Below are positions 41,193 through 51,463 of a DNA stretch of 64,000 nt, in pieces (position 1 is the first letter of the stretch; each line of letters begins with the position of its first letter). Source of the DNA: Phaeosaccion multiseriatum (lineage: Eukaryota > Protista > Ochrophyta, other classes); contig OZ218956.1 of assembly GCA_965112735.1 (NCBI GenBank), forward strand, positions 186,001-250,000. The letters are read 5' to 3'. The position numbers and the translations under genes are program-made. A model generated the notes under the pieces. It had not been told where the DNA came from, did no database searches, and was given only the letters and a program-made list of their open reading frames with translations.

Positions 41193-44100
41193 ATGGCCGA
41201 CGTACTCGAGCAGCAGCAGCGCAGGACACTCTCCGCCTTCTTCCGCGCCACAGGCGGCCCGACATCCTGGGAAAGGAAGAGCGGATGGAATACCCCAGCA
41301 CCTTTGAAGGACTGGCATGGGGTGACCGTGGAGAATGGCTATGTGGTTGGGCTTGACCTGGGTGATTATTGCAACGGTAATGGGCTCGTAGGTAAGAAGA
41401 TGGTGTGTGAGGAGGGAGGGGGCTGCAAGTCGTCGCTTTCTCCCAAATTGCTTATCACGCTTCTCTGAACTGTTGGCGCGAAGCTGATACCCGGCAATGG
41501 AGGGGTCGAGGCATATGCGAGACGCCTTGCGCCACCGAGAAGAGAAGGGGGGGGAAAGTGCCTTTTACGCCAGGCCCTGGTGTCGTCTGCTGCCCCAGTG
41601 TCGAGTGGCACGCACGAACTAAAAGAACTTTCCTCTCCTCTCTTCGCAGGAAACATTCCGCCGGAGCTTGGCCAGCTCTCCAATCTGAAGGAACTGGGTC
41701 TCAGCAACAACCAGCTCTCTGGTAAGTGGCAGCAACCCTCGGGGCCCACTTGGCTCGATATTGGCGTGACCAAACATCTTTCCTCTCCTCTCTTCGCAGG
41801 AAATATTCCGCCGGAGCTTGGCCAGCTCTCCAATCTGAAGGAACTGGGTCTCAGCAACAACCAGCTCTCTGGTAAGTGGCAGCAACCCTCGGGGCCCACT
41901 TGGCTCGATATTGGCGTGACCAAACATCTTTCCTCTCCTCTTCGCAGGAAACATTCCGCCGGAGCTTGGCCAGCTCTCCAATCTGAAGGAACTGGCTCTC
42001 TACAACAACCAGCTCTCTGGTAAGTGGCAGCAACCCTCGGGGCCCACTTGGCTGGATATTAGCGTGACCAAACATCTTTCCTCTCCTCTCTTCGCAGGAA
42101 ACATTCCGCCGGAGCTTGGCCAGCTCCCCAATCTGACGACACTGTGGCTCAGCTACAACCAGCTCTCTGGTAAGTGGCAGCAACCCTCGGGGCCCACTTG
42201 GCTCGATATTGGCGTGACCAAACATCTTTCCTCTCCTCTCTTCGCAGGAAATATTCCGCCGGAGCTTGGCCAGCTCTCCAATCTGGAGGTACTGGATCTC
42301 GACAACAACCAGCTCTCTGGTAAGTGGCAGCAACCCTCGGGGCCCACTTGGCTGGATATTGCCGTGACCAAGGAAAGATCTTACCTCTCCTCAGCAGGCT
42401 GCATTTGCATGGAGCGGGCAGATGTTTGACTGGGCCCATAGTTGAAAGACGTGTTCCCGGCAACTCAAATCCCTCCTCCCCCCCTCGCTTCTTCTGGGCA
42501 TTGCACGTCTTGGGGCTGGTGCTGGCCTGGCTGTGTGGTTTGGGTGGGGGGGGGGGCTACTTGATCGATTTTGACGTCTTGTCCTGCATGCTTGCCCTAC
42601 CGCTCCCCCCAATTACTCCACTCTCTCTGCCCTTATTATAAAAATACCCATCTGGCTGTCTTCGGGGATCTGACGTAATCTGACTTGAGGAATGTCCTGC
42701 CTCCTCTCCCATGCCGAACGTGCACACCTGCAGAGAAGGAGCCTTCGATAACGGAGCTACGGGCGAGGTGGCAAGCGCGCGTCGCCACGGAGGTAAGGGC
42801 GAGGGTGCATGCAAACAGTCACGGAGTGAGGTGTCGAAGCGCAATGCGCACTGTCGGCGTTCATGGGAGGCGATGGAGGGGGGTATGCCGACAACGACAG
42901 CCAGGCTTACCATTCGAGTGGCAGAAGTTTCTTTAGCACTGACGCGTCCTTCGCGCCTCCTGCCCCTCCTCTTCCTCCTTCACCGCACCGCCCCTGCACC
43001 TCCTCTGAAAGAGTGCCTCACAGGCGGCTGCGAGAGTCTCAAGAGGCTCAGCAGCATGCTCATCTCCAGGAAGAAGACATGAGACGGAGCTCAGAGCTTT
43101 ACGAGCGGCACTGGAAGGGAGAGATGGTGAGCTGGGGGGGCTGAGAGCGGCGCTGGAAGGGAGAGACGGTGAGCTGGGGGGGCTGAGAGCGGCGCTGGAG
43201 GGGAGAGATGGTGAGCTGAGAGCTTTAAGAGGAACGCTTCAAGAACGCAATGACGAAGTGGAAGCGAGAGATGCTGAGCTGGAAGCTTCGAGGTCAAGGC
43301 TGCAAGAGAGAGACGGTGAGGTGGAAGAGAGAGATGGTGAGCTGAGTGCTTTAAGAGCAACGCTTCAAGAAAGAGACGACGAAGTGGAAGCGAGAGATGC
43401 TGAGCTGGAAGCTTCGAGGTCAAGGCTGCAAGAAAGAGACGACGAAGTGGAAGCTCTGAGAGCAAGAGTCGCTGAGCTTGAGGAGCAGGAGGAGCTTCGC
43501 CTTGCTGGAGAGCGCCCACCACCCCCTCCCCAGCAAGAGGGGCGGGACTTTCGCCTCTTCTACACTTCACAGCTGGCGGAGGCGTGTGCTGACTTTGCGG
43601 ATACGGACCTGCTGCTGGGCAGGGGGGGCTTCGGGGCGGTGTATCGAGGACGTGGCGCGGCCTTGGGGCTGGGGAGCGCGCAGGAGGTGGCCGTGAAGAA
43701 GCTCGACGCGGACAGTATGCAGACACTGGCCAACTTCCGGAAAGAGGTGAGGGTGTTGACGCTGTGTCTGCATGCGAACCTCCTGCCGCTGCTGGGCGTC
43801 TGCCTAGACCCGTGCTGCCTGGTGTATCCCCTCATGAGGGGAGGCAGCTTGGACGCGTATCTGCCCGTCCGCGCAACGCTGCAGGGAGGCTCGGAGCGAG
43901 GGCCGCTGTCCGCCCCGAGACGGTTGGGTGTAGCGCTCGGCGTTGCCAGAGCCCTGATGTACCTGCACAGCGAGATGGGCGAGAAGCCCCGAATCATCCA
44001 CCGGGATGTCAAGCCCCACAACATCCTCTTGGAGGAGGCGAGTGAGGGGGACGCCTCCCTGGGAGTGCGTCTGGGGGACGTGGGAATTGCTCGGGTCTCC

Positions 44101-44706
44101 GATACGACGGCAACTGCAGGAACGATGACTGGCATCGCAGGGACTTTCTTGTACATGGACCGGGATTACTTGGGCGGCGCTGAGCCCAGGTGTGAGCATG
44201 ATGTGTACTCTCTGGGCGTGGTGATGCTGGAGCTCGTCATGGGTAGGCTTGTGCGCGGAGAAGATCTGCGCCATGGTGCCAGGCAGCGGCTGTTGTCGGA
44301 CGACGGAGCGACAGCGGTGGCCGATTCAGCCATCTCTTGGACTGGAGGGGCCACGGGTCTGCTTCAGTTGCTCGCAAGCATGGCGTACCGCTGTACCCAG
44401 GACGATCCCGAGGCCAGGCCCGCACTGGATGAGATTGCACGGACCCTGGCCGCCGCATTGGGGGGAGGGGGGGGACGGTCGGCCGCGCGAGTAGAGCCCG
44501 AGCGCGAGCGGCTGTGCATCATATGCATGGACGCAGCCCCCCACACCCGATTCTTGCCATGCCTCCATTCCTGCACCTGCGGAGCCTGTGGAATGAGGTT
44601 GCAGAACGAGCGGCGGCCTTGTCCTCTTTGCAACACGAATATCGAGGCTGTGGAGGAGGGGCGCTTCGATTCAACTTTCGTGCAAGATGGGGGCACGAGG
44701 GGATAG
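41193..44706 (+). CDS. LRR - coiled coil - IRAK/Pelle-like kinase - C3HC4 RING protein, predicted 766 aa
   Basis: Exons 41193-41391 (LRR N-cap TLSAFFRATGGPTSW..W..WHGVTVENGYVVGLDL), five 72-nt phase-1 LRR exons (41650-41721, 41800-41871, 41948-42019, 42098-42169, 42248-42319), 42734-42792 and 43024-44706 join in frame with GT-AG sites (2301 nt). Kinase motifs LGRGGFGAVY, VAVKKL, HRDVKPHNILL, DVGIAR, DVYSLGVVMLEL; RING CIICMD..FLPCLHSCTCGAC..CPLC. The LRR-to-kinase junction is inferred. Confidence 0.75.
41625..42370 (+). repeat. Five tandem 150-bp exon+intron LRR cassettes
   Basis: Unit = 72-nt exon + 78-nt intron (one is 76 nt). Introns are nearly identical (gtaagtggcagcaaccctcggggcccacttggct...ctcttcgcag). 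Confidence 0.97.
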
Positions 44707-45308
44707 GAGGGGAGGAGGCAGGGCTGGTGGTGGTGGTGGTGGTGGTCCCCCTCAGGACGGTTCGTCCCCATCTCCATACATTAATAGTCTTGTTGGATCC
44801 AACCTACGATATAAGGACGAGCCCCGTACACCTGTACACCGATGTTATATCGGGATGTGCGTTGTGCCTTGTAGGGCCCTCACAGCGTCAGGTAAGCGCT
44901 TGGTGTGCTTTGGTGTGCGAAGGGGAGGAGTCTTCCGACGTCACTGGTCTGACGATGAGAGAGAGAGAGAGAGAGAGAGAGGAGGGCTTGTGAGTCAAGT
45001 GCACTGCAGAGGGCCTGCGCTGATTAGGCAGGTTGGATAAGAAGGAGGGAGCACACTCGGGGATTCATTGACATGGGCTGAAATGTCTCCTCTCTCTCTC
45101 TTGTACATCGCTCACTAGGGTCACTCGGCATCGTTTATAAATGTATATACAGTTACTATCTCTGTTCGCCCTCCCGCTGAAAATGTACAGCACAAAACTT
45201 GCAGATGAGCACCACATAAACTTGAGCTTGCCGGGAGGCAGGCCAGCGCTCGCGAGGGCACAGCCCTCAGTGAGCCAAAGCCCTGGGGGGAAGAGGCAGT
45301 GAGTTGAG

Positions 45309-45755
45309 CCCTCAATTGATCCTCACTTCTCAGAGTCAAAACCCTCAATTGATCCTCAGTTCTCAGAGTCAAAACCCTCAATTGATCCTCAGTTCTCAGA
45401 GTCAAAACCCTCAATTGATCCTCAGTCCTCAGAGTCAAAACCCTCAATTGATCCTCAGTTCTCAGAGTCAAAACCCTCAATTGATCCTCAGTTCTCACAG
45501 TCAAAACCCTCAATTGATCCTCAGTTCTCAGAGTCAAAACCCTCAATTGATCCTCAGTTCTCAGAGTCAAAACCCTCAATTGATCCTCAGTCCTCAGAGT
45601 CAAAACCCTCAAGTGATCCTCAGTCCTCATAGGCAAAACCCTCAATTGATCCTCAGTTCTCAGAGTCAAAACCCTCAATTGATCCTCAGTTCTCAGAGTC
45701 AAAACCCTCAATTGATCCTCAGTTCTCAGAGTCAAAGCCCTCAATTGATCCTCAG
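45309..45755. repeat. 33-bp minisatellite, ~13-14 copies
   Basis: Unit ccctcaattgatcctcagttctcagagtcaaaa, near-identical head-to-tail copies with no spacers. Confidence 0.95.
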
Positions 45756-45892
45756 CCAGTCCTCATAGCCAAAGCCCTCAGCTCTCCGCCCTCCGTGAGT
45801 CAAAGCCCTCGTGCTGCGCCCTCTCGCTGCATCGTCGAGTCAATCGCATCGAGGCAGCCCTGTTGCTGCCAGTGAGCTTCGTTTCGCCCACC

Positions 45893-46937
45893 AGACGTGA
45901 GTTCCCGAGAGTTGACTACCAAGGGAAAAACGAGAGGCAGTAGGCAGCAGCCCCCGTCCTATCCCGCTCCCACCCCATCGAGAGCACACACACTCACTCC
46001 TCGTTCCACTCGTCCTCGTGCGTGCGTCTCCCGCTGAGCATGACTCCATCGAGCGTGGCGATGAAAGAGCCCTGCCTCCACAGCCGGAAGGGGCTCAGCA
46101 CCGCGCACACGCTGCGCACCGTGCAGCGCTCCACCTTGAGCGGGATGCCCCTGTGCATGTACTTATTCACCAGGGACTCCTGGACCCAGTCGGACACCAC
46201 CACATCTCGCAGAAGCAGCTCCGGCCATGAGAAAGACAAGTAGCTCCTCCACGCTGCGCGTGCTGCATCCGTCCCAGGCCAAAGCAGCTCCAGCGTGAGC
46301 CCCTCGTCCATACATAACAGCCTCGACTTACGCACCACCCACAGCAAGGCGGCACAGAGCCGTTGCTGAGCCGCAGCCGGACGGAGTTTAAAGAACAGAG
46401 CCAGCCCAAGCAAGATCAAAGCGGGGAGGAGGAGGAGGAGCAGGCCTGCCAGTCGCCACAGAGAGTGCAGCCCGAGATCAGGGGCAGCACACACACTGCA
46501 GCAGCCACAGCCACGCTGGCTGCTGCTTCTCTCCTCGGCAAGCCCGTCATTGCATGGACTTTGGGACGCCTAATTACAAAAACAATGAATGTGGATACAT
46601 GGCTTTCCAGTGCCATCGCAGCCTTTAACAACCAAAGCACGATACCTTCCTCTTCTCACAGCTTGGTTCCTCAATACCATGTCGACAGCTCTTCCTCCTG
46701 CCCCGCCACCGTGCTTGCGAGGCCTCTATGACAAAGAGGCCTCAGATCCCGAGCTACTTGGGAAGGAGCTGGACAACTCCATGTTCTCAGACCCGAGCTT
46801 GCCGCAGAAGGGTTTCCTGCGCTTCGACAACAAGGACGACTGCGTGGAGTTCGTCAAGAGGTGAGTATGCCATTGGGCCTCGGTGCGTGTAGCCTAAGTA
46901 CTGCTGCTGCTGCTGTGGCTGGTGGTGGTACTGCTTT
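45893..46937. repeat. Right copy of ~1 kb direct segmental duplication
   Basis: Matches 36180-37223. Confidence 0.95.
45998..46550 (-). pseudogene. Dead copy of VPS13 exon 1
   Basis: Same [13 protein letters not shown] start, but a 1-nt deletion near 46472 (gcagcccgaga vs gcggcccagaga) shifts the frame to a stop after ~44 codons. No exon 2 downstream. Confidence 0.88.
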
Positions 46938-48209
46938 GGCTTGCAAGGCTTAGTTCCCTCGTATTAGTAATCGCTGCCCTCCCCCCCCCCTCCCACAGAC
47001 ACTGCGTGCGCTCGTCCAACCCGTCCTACCCGTGGCTGCAGCAAATCTTCACCACTCTGCTGGACTGGCGCCAGGTGCAGACCCACCTGGTGGAAAAGAT
47101 GCAGTACCTCAACAAGAAGTATCCTCCTCGCCCCACGCCGCAAATCGACGAGAGCCAAAACGTGTACATGTGTGGTGAGTTTATCAGTCAGTCAGGCGAC
47201 TTCGCTCTGTCGTGTGTGGTGAGTCAAGTCAGCCAGGTCAGGTGGCTTCCGCTCTCCAGCAAAGGAGAGCGGGGAGCGAAAAGCACCCAGGGCAGCCTCC
47301 AGCCTCGTCCACGCTGCTCCTGTCGGAGGTCACCGAGAGCCCATGAATACGGTCCTACAACTCGTGGGAATCTCATCTCGTCCCAATCATTCTCCCTCCC
47401 CTCGCTACACAGGCGGCAAGGCGGGCGACAAGAGCTCTCAGGCGGTGCGAGAGGGGGTCAAGCGGCGACTGTCCCTTCCCTTTCATCGCTGCCTGACGCA
47501 GGAGAGCAGTATGAACACCCTGCGCTACCTGTTCTTTCACATGCGCTGCGGCATCTTCGTGATGATCCGCAACAACAAGCTCGTCATGTTCGTGTCCTTC
47601 GCCAACAAGGACTACAAGAACAACTGGGGCAAGAGGTGTGTGTGTGTGTGTGTGTTTGTCTCCACCTCCTTTGTTTCCCCCTCTCTTTCTTCCTTCCTTC
47701 CTTCCCACCTGGGCAAGGACCGACCCCCCCCAACCTTCCTTCCTTCCTTCCTTCCTTCCTTCCTTCCTTCCTTCCTTCCTTCCTTCTCTTTCTTTCTTTC
47801 TTCCTCTCTGCCGCCCATCCTCCACTCTCTGTGCTCGTGTGCAGACTGCGTGTCCCTGCGGATCTGGACCGCTACTACGCCGACAAGCGGGGGTCAGGTT
47901 ATCGTAAGGAGACCATCATCGGCGATGTGGATCAATGGTGGGCCAACGGGAACATCATCTGCAACGAGCACCAGCGCCCAGGTCAGTCGTTCAGTCAGTG
48001 ATTCGGTCAGTCGGTCGGTCAGTCATTCAGTCAGTCGGTCAGTCCTTCAGGCAGGCAGACAGTCATTCTGTCAGTCTGTCAGCTCGTCTTTCAGTCAGTC
48101 AGTCATTCAGTCAGTCAGTCAGTCAGTCAGCCACTTGCTGCACTTGCGCTACTGCCTCACTCGCTCTTCATACACACTCACACACACACACACATACACA
48201 CACATACAT

Positions 48210-48249
<40 letters not shown>

Positions 48250-51082
48250 GCCAGGCGAGACCCGCAGCCAGTATTGGGGCGACCAATTCGTGAGCCCTCT
48301 GCGTGACCTGCTGGAGCAAGCTTGTGAGTCCAGGCAGATGGCGGACTGCGAGTTCTTCATCAACAAGAGGGACTACCCGCATCTCAAGTTCAACCCCGAG
48401 TCTCTGGAGCCCGTGGAGCCCTACGGCTTCATCTATGACAAGGACGACCGCCTGCCCGAGGTATGTGCGTGTGTGTGTGCTGTGTGTGTGTGTGTGTGTG
48501 TGCGCGTGTGTGTGTGTCATTTGTGGATTCGTGTTGGTTGTGGTGCAAAAGGTTTTTCGTTCCTTCTTCGAAGAGTTTGGGTTCATTGCCAAAGCTTGAT
48601 TCGCGAGGTAGTGAGAGAGAACGAGAGAGAGAGAGAGCTAGAGCGGGAGGGAGGAAGGCCCGAAGGGGCTTCTTGAACCCGCGGCACCCACCCACTCACC
48701 CACCCATCCACCCATCCACCCACCCCTCAGGAGGACGTGCCGCTGGGACAGTACAAGTACAAAGCATACACGCCCATTGTAAGCTTCTACTGCAGCGAGC
48801 GCTTCTCTGACATCCCCTTCCCCACCTCCGAGGATTGGGAGGCTGCCACTGGCAAGGTATACCCCAAGACCTTTAAGCATCGCTACGAGAGAGTCTTCTC
48901 CAAACCGCCTGCCGAGGGGGGGGCTGCGAAGGCGGGATCGGAGCAGCAGGGCGAGGGAGCAGGGAAGGGGGAAGGGGCAGGGGAGGAGAATTCCCCTGAG
49001 CAGCAGCAGCCGGGCCCACCCAAGCGAGAGCTGGTGGTGGATGCCCCCCGGGATCTGTTCACAGATGAGAACTTTCGCAAGTTCAAGTGCGCGTGGGAGG
49101 ACAAGGTGGGCAGGCAAGGACGGAGGGAGGGAAGGACGGAGGGAGGGAGGGGATGGGAGGGGGGGAGGGAGGGAGGGAAGGACAGAGGGAGGGAGGGGAT
49201 GGAAGAGAGGGAGGGAGGGAGGGAGGGAGGGAGGGAGGGAGGGAGGGAGAAAAGGGAAGGAAGGAAGGGAAAGAAGAAAGCAAGATCGAGTCAGTCCCCT
49301 TTGAGGCATACCTGAGGCACAGACCGATGACGTCATTCACTGAGAATCGATACTGAACATCGGTATCGACATTTGATGCTTATCATCGTTATCTATCATT
49401 CCACACCGGGTTCGTCTTTTAACATAAGCCCCCTCTTTCGACCCCTTCCTTCCCCCTCCTCGACCCCTCTCAGGTCAACACGGCGTTCTTCCGGGGCACT
49501 GCAACTGGCGGCGGCGTGACGGAGGAGGACAACCAACGGCTCAAGCTGGCGGCTCTGTCGCACCAGTGGAAGGACGACCCCCACCACCACAGCGTGGACA
49601 GTAGGACGGGTGCCCGCGTGCCCTTCCTTGACGCGGCCATCACGGGTTGGAACAAGCGCGACAAGAAGACGGCAAGGGAGCCCATGAAGTGTTTGCATCA
49701 GAGCGCGTTTCCCTTTCAAGGCGGTAAGGAGAATTTCACACCCATCTACGAGCAGGTGAGCGCCTAACTCCGCTGAGGTAGGGAGGAGGGGAGGGAGGGA
49801 GGGAGGGAGGGAGAGAGGGAGAGAGAGCGAGGGAGGGAGGGAGAGGGGGTGAGAGAGGGGGAGAGAGGGGGAGAGAGGTAGCCGCCCCCCGGGGATGGGA
49901 TGGGGGTGGGGTGGGGCTGACCACTAAAGCGTTTCATCGCCTCAGCACAATGCAACTGCACCTTTATTGGAACTTGAACTGCCGCGCTGCACTGCTGTCT
50001 GCTCGTGTGACGTCATCGTCCGCCATCCATCCACCCTTCAGAGCAAGTTCAAGTACGTCATTTATGCAGAGGGACACTGCGCGGCGTGTCGTTACGGCTT
50101 CATGATGCGCCTGGGGAGCGTCATCCTCAAGGCAAGTAGACTCTTCAGAGTGTGAAGAGGAGGCAGAGAAAACAGAGCACAGGAGAGGGCCAGGCTCTGT
50201 CGGCCGTCGTCACACTCTTGCTGGCCTGTATGCCTGCCTGTCTGACTGATTAACTGACTTACTCGCTGTCGAACTGAGTGTCTGACTGTCTGTCTGCCTG
50301 CCTCCCTCCCCACCTGCCAGGTTGAGTCTCGCTGCGTAGCCGACCTGATGTGGTACTTCCCCCTGCTGGAGCCGTGGGTGGACCATGTGCCCGTCAAAGC
50401 CGATTGCTCAGACCTGTCCGAGCGGCTGCAATGGTGCCATGAGAACGACGACAAGTGCAAGGAGATGGCAAGGAGGGCAGGGGAGCTCTATGACAAGTTT
50501 GTGGCCAAGGAGGCGGCACTGGACTACGTGCAGATGGTCAGCCTCGAGATTAGCGAAAAGTAAGTCAGTGAAAAAGTTATGTGTGTCAGTGAATTTGTTG
50601 GCTTCTCCCCCAGTTTCTTCCTCACTGTCTAGTCTAACCCCCCTTCTCATTCCTACTCGGTTCCCGCTTGCCTCCCTCCCTCCAGCTACCGACACCCTCC
50701 GATCTGGTGGGAGCCTCCTCCCCCACAGCAGAGTCAGCCCCTTCCGCCGAAGAACTACAATGGCCCTGCGCACTGCTTCCTAGACCGAGCCACTCGAAAG
50801 ACCAGCCTGTGTTCGAGGTGCAAGGCCGAACAGCTCGAGACGGAGGAGGCCAAGAGGCAAGCGAGCGAGAGGGCCGCGGCAGCAGCAGTGTCGACGGACT
50901 CGGGGACTTTGAACAAGCAGGCCAGGGAGAGGCTCTTGAAGCGGGGTCAAAAGAGGAAGGCGGCGAAGGAGGAGGAGGAGGCTGCGGGGAAGCAGTGGAA
51001 GCGGGAGGGGGGGCAGGGGAAGGAGGAGCAAGCCCCGCAAGCAAGCTCCGGTGGGGGAGCAGCATCACCGGCAGCGGCAGCG

Positions 51083-51113
<31 letters not shown>

Positions 51114-51463
51114 CGGGAGGGGCGGCAACAGAAATGAACGCGGAGAAGGATGAGGACATGACAGGAGAAGATTCCGGCACCACACGGGAGGAAGAGCGGC
51201 AGCAGCAGGGGCAGCAGCAGCGGCAGCAGCAGCAGCAGGAGGAGGAGGAGGAGGAGGAGGAGGAGGAGGAGGAGGAGGAGGAGGAGGAGGAGCGCGAATC
51301 AGTGGAGTCTGAATCGGAGGAAGAGGAGGAGTTTGCCCACATGTCCGACGACGAGGCCTACGGCAGCGATAGGGAGCTTTTCACCACGGACCCTTCCGCG
51401 GGGATGGAGGAGCCCGAACAGCCCAGGGAACACAAGCCCAAGGAGCGGAGCGAAGGCTGGTGA
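46679..51463 (+). CDS. Glycosyltransferase family 90 / CAP10-like protein, 10 exons, acidic C-terminal tail
   Basis: Phase-consistent exons 46679-46860, 46999-47174, 47413-47635, 47845-47981, 48255-48460, 48731-49105, 49474-49755, 50042-50131 (GC donor), 50321-50559, 50686-51463. Motifs DCEFFINKRDYP, DIPFPTSEDW, WEDKVNTAFFRGTATG, KFKYVIYAEGHCAACRY..M..GSVILK, WYFPLLEPWVDHVPVK.D.SDL.E.LQWC.END. Confidence 0.85.

Noticed and set aside
45309-45755. 33-bp repeats as a CRISPR array or telomere
   Set aside because: No spacers; the AAAACCCT-like part is only a fragment of a longer unit and the array is interstitial.
36180-46937. 1-kb direct repeats as LTRs of a retrotransposon
   Set aside because: The repeats consist of host exons and promoter, lack TG...CA ends and PBS/PPT, and the interior has no gag/pol.
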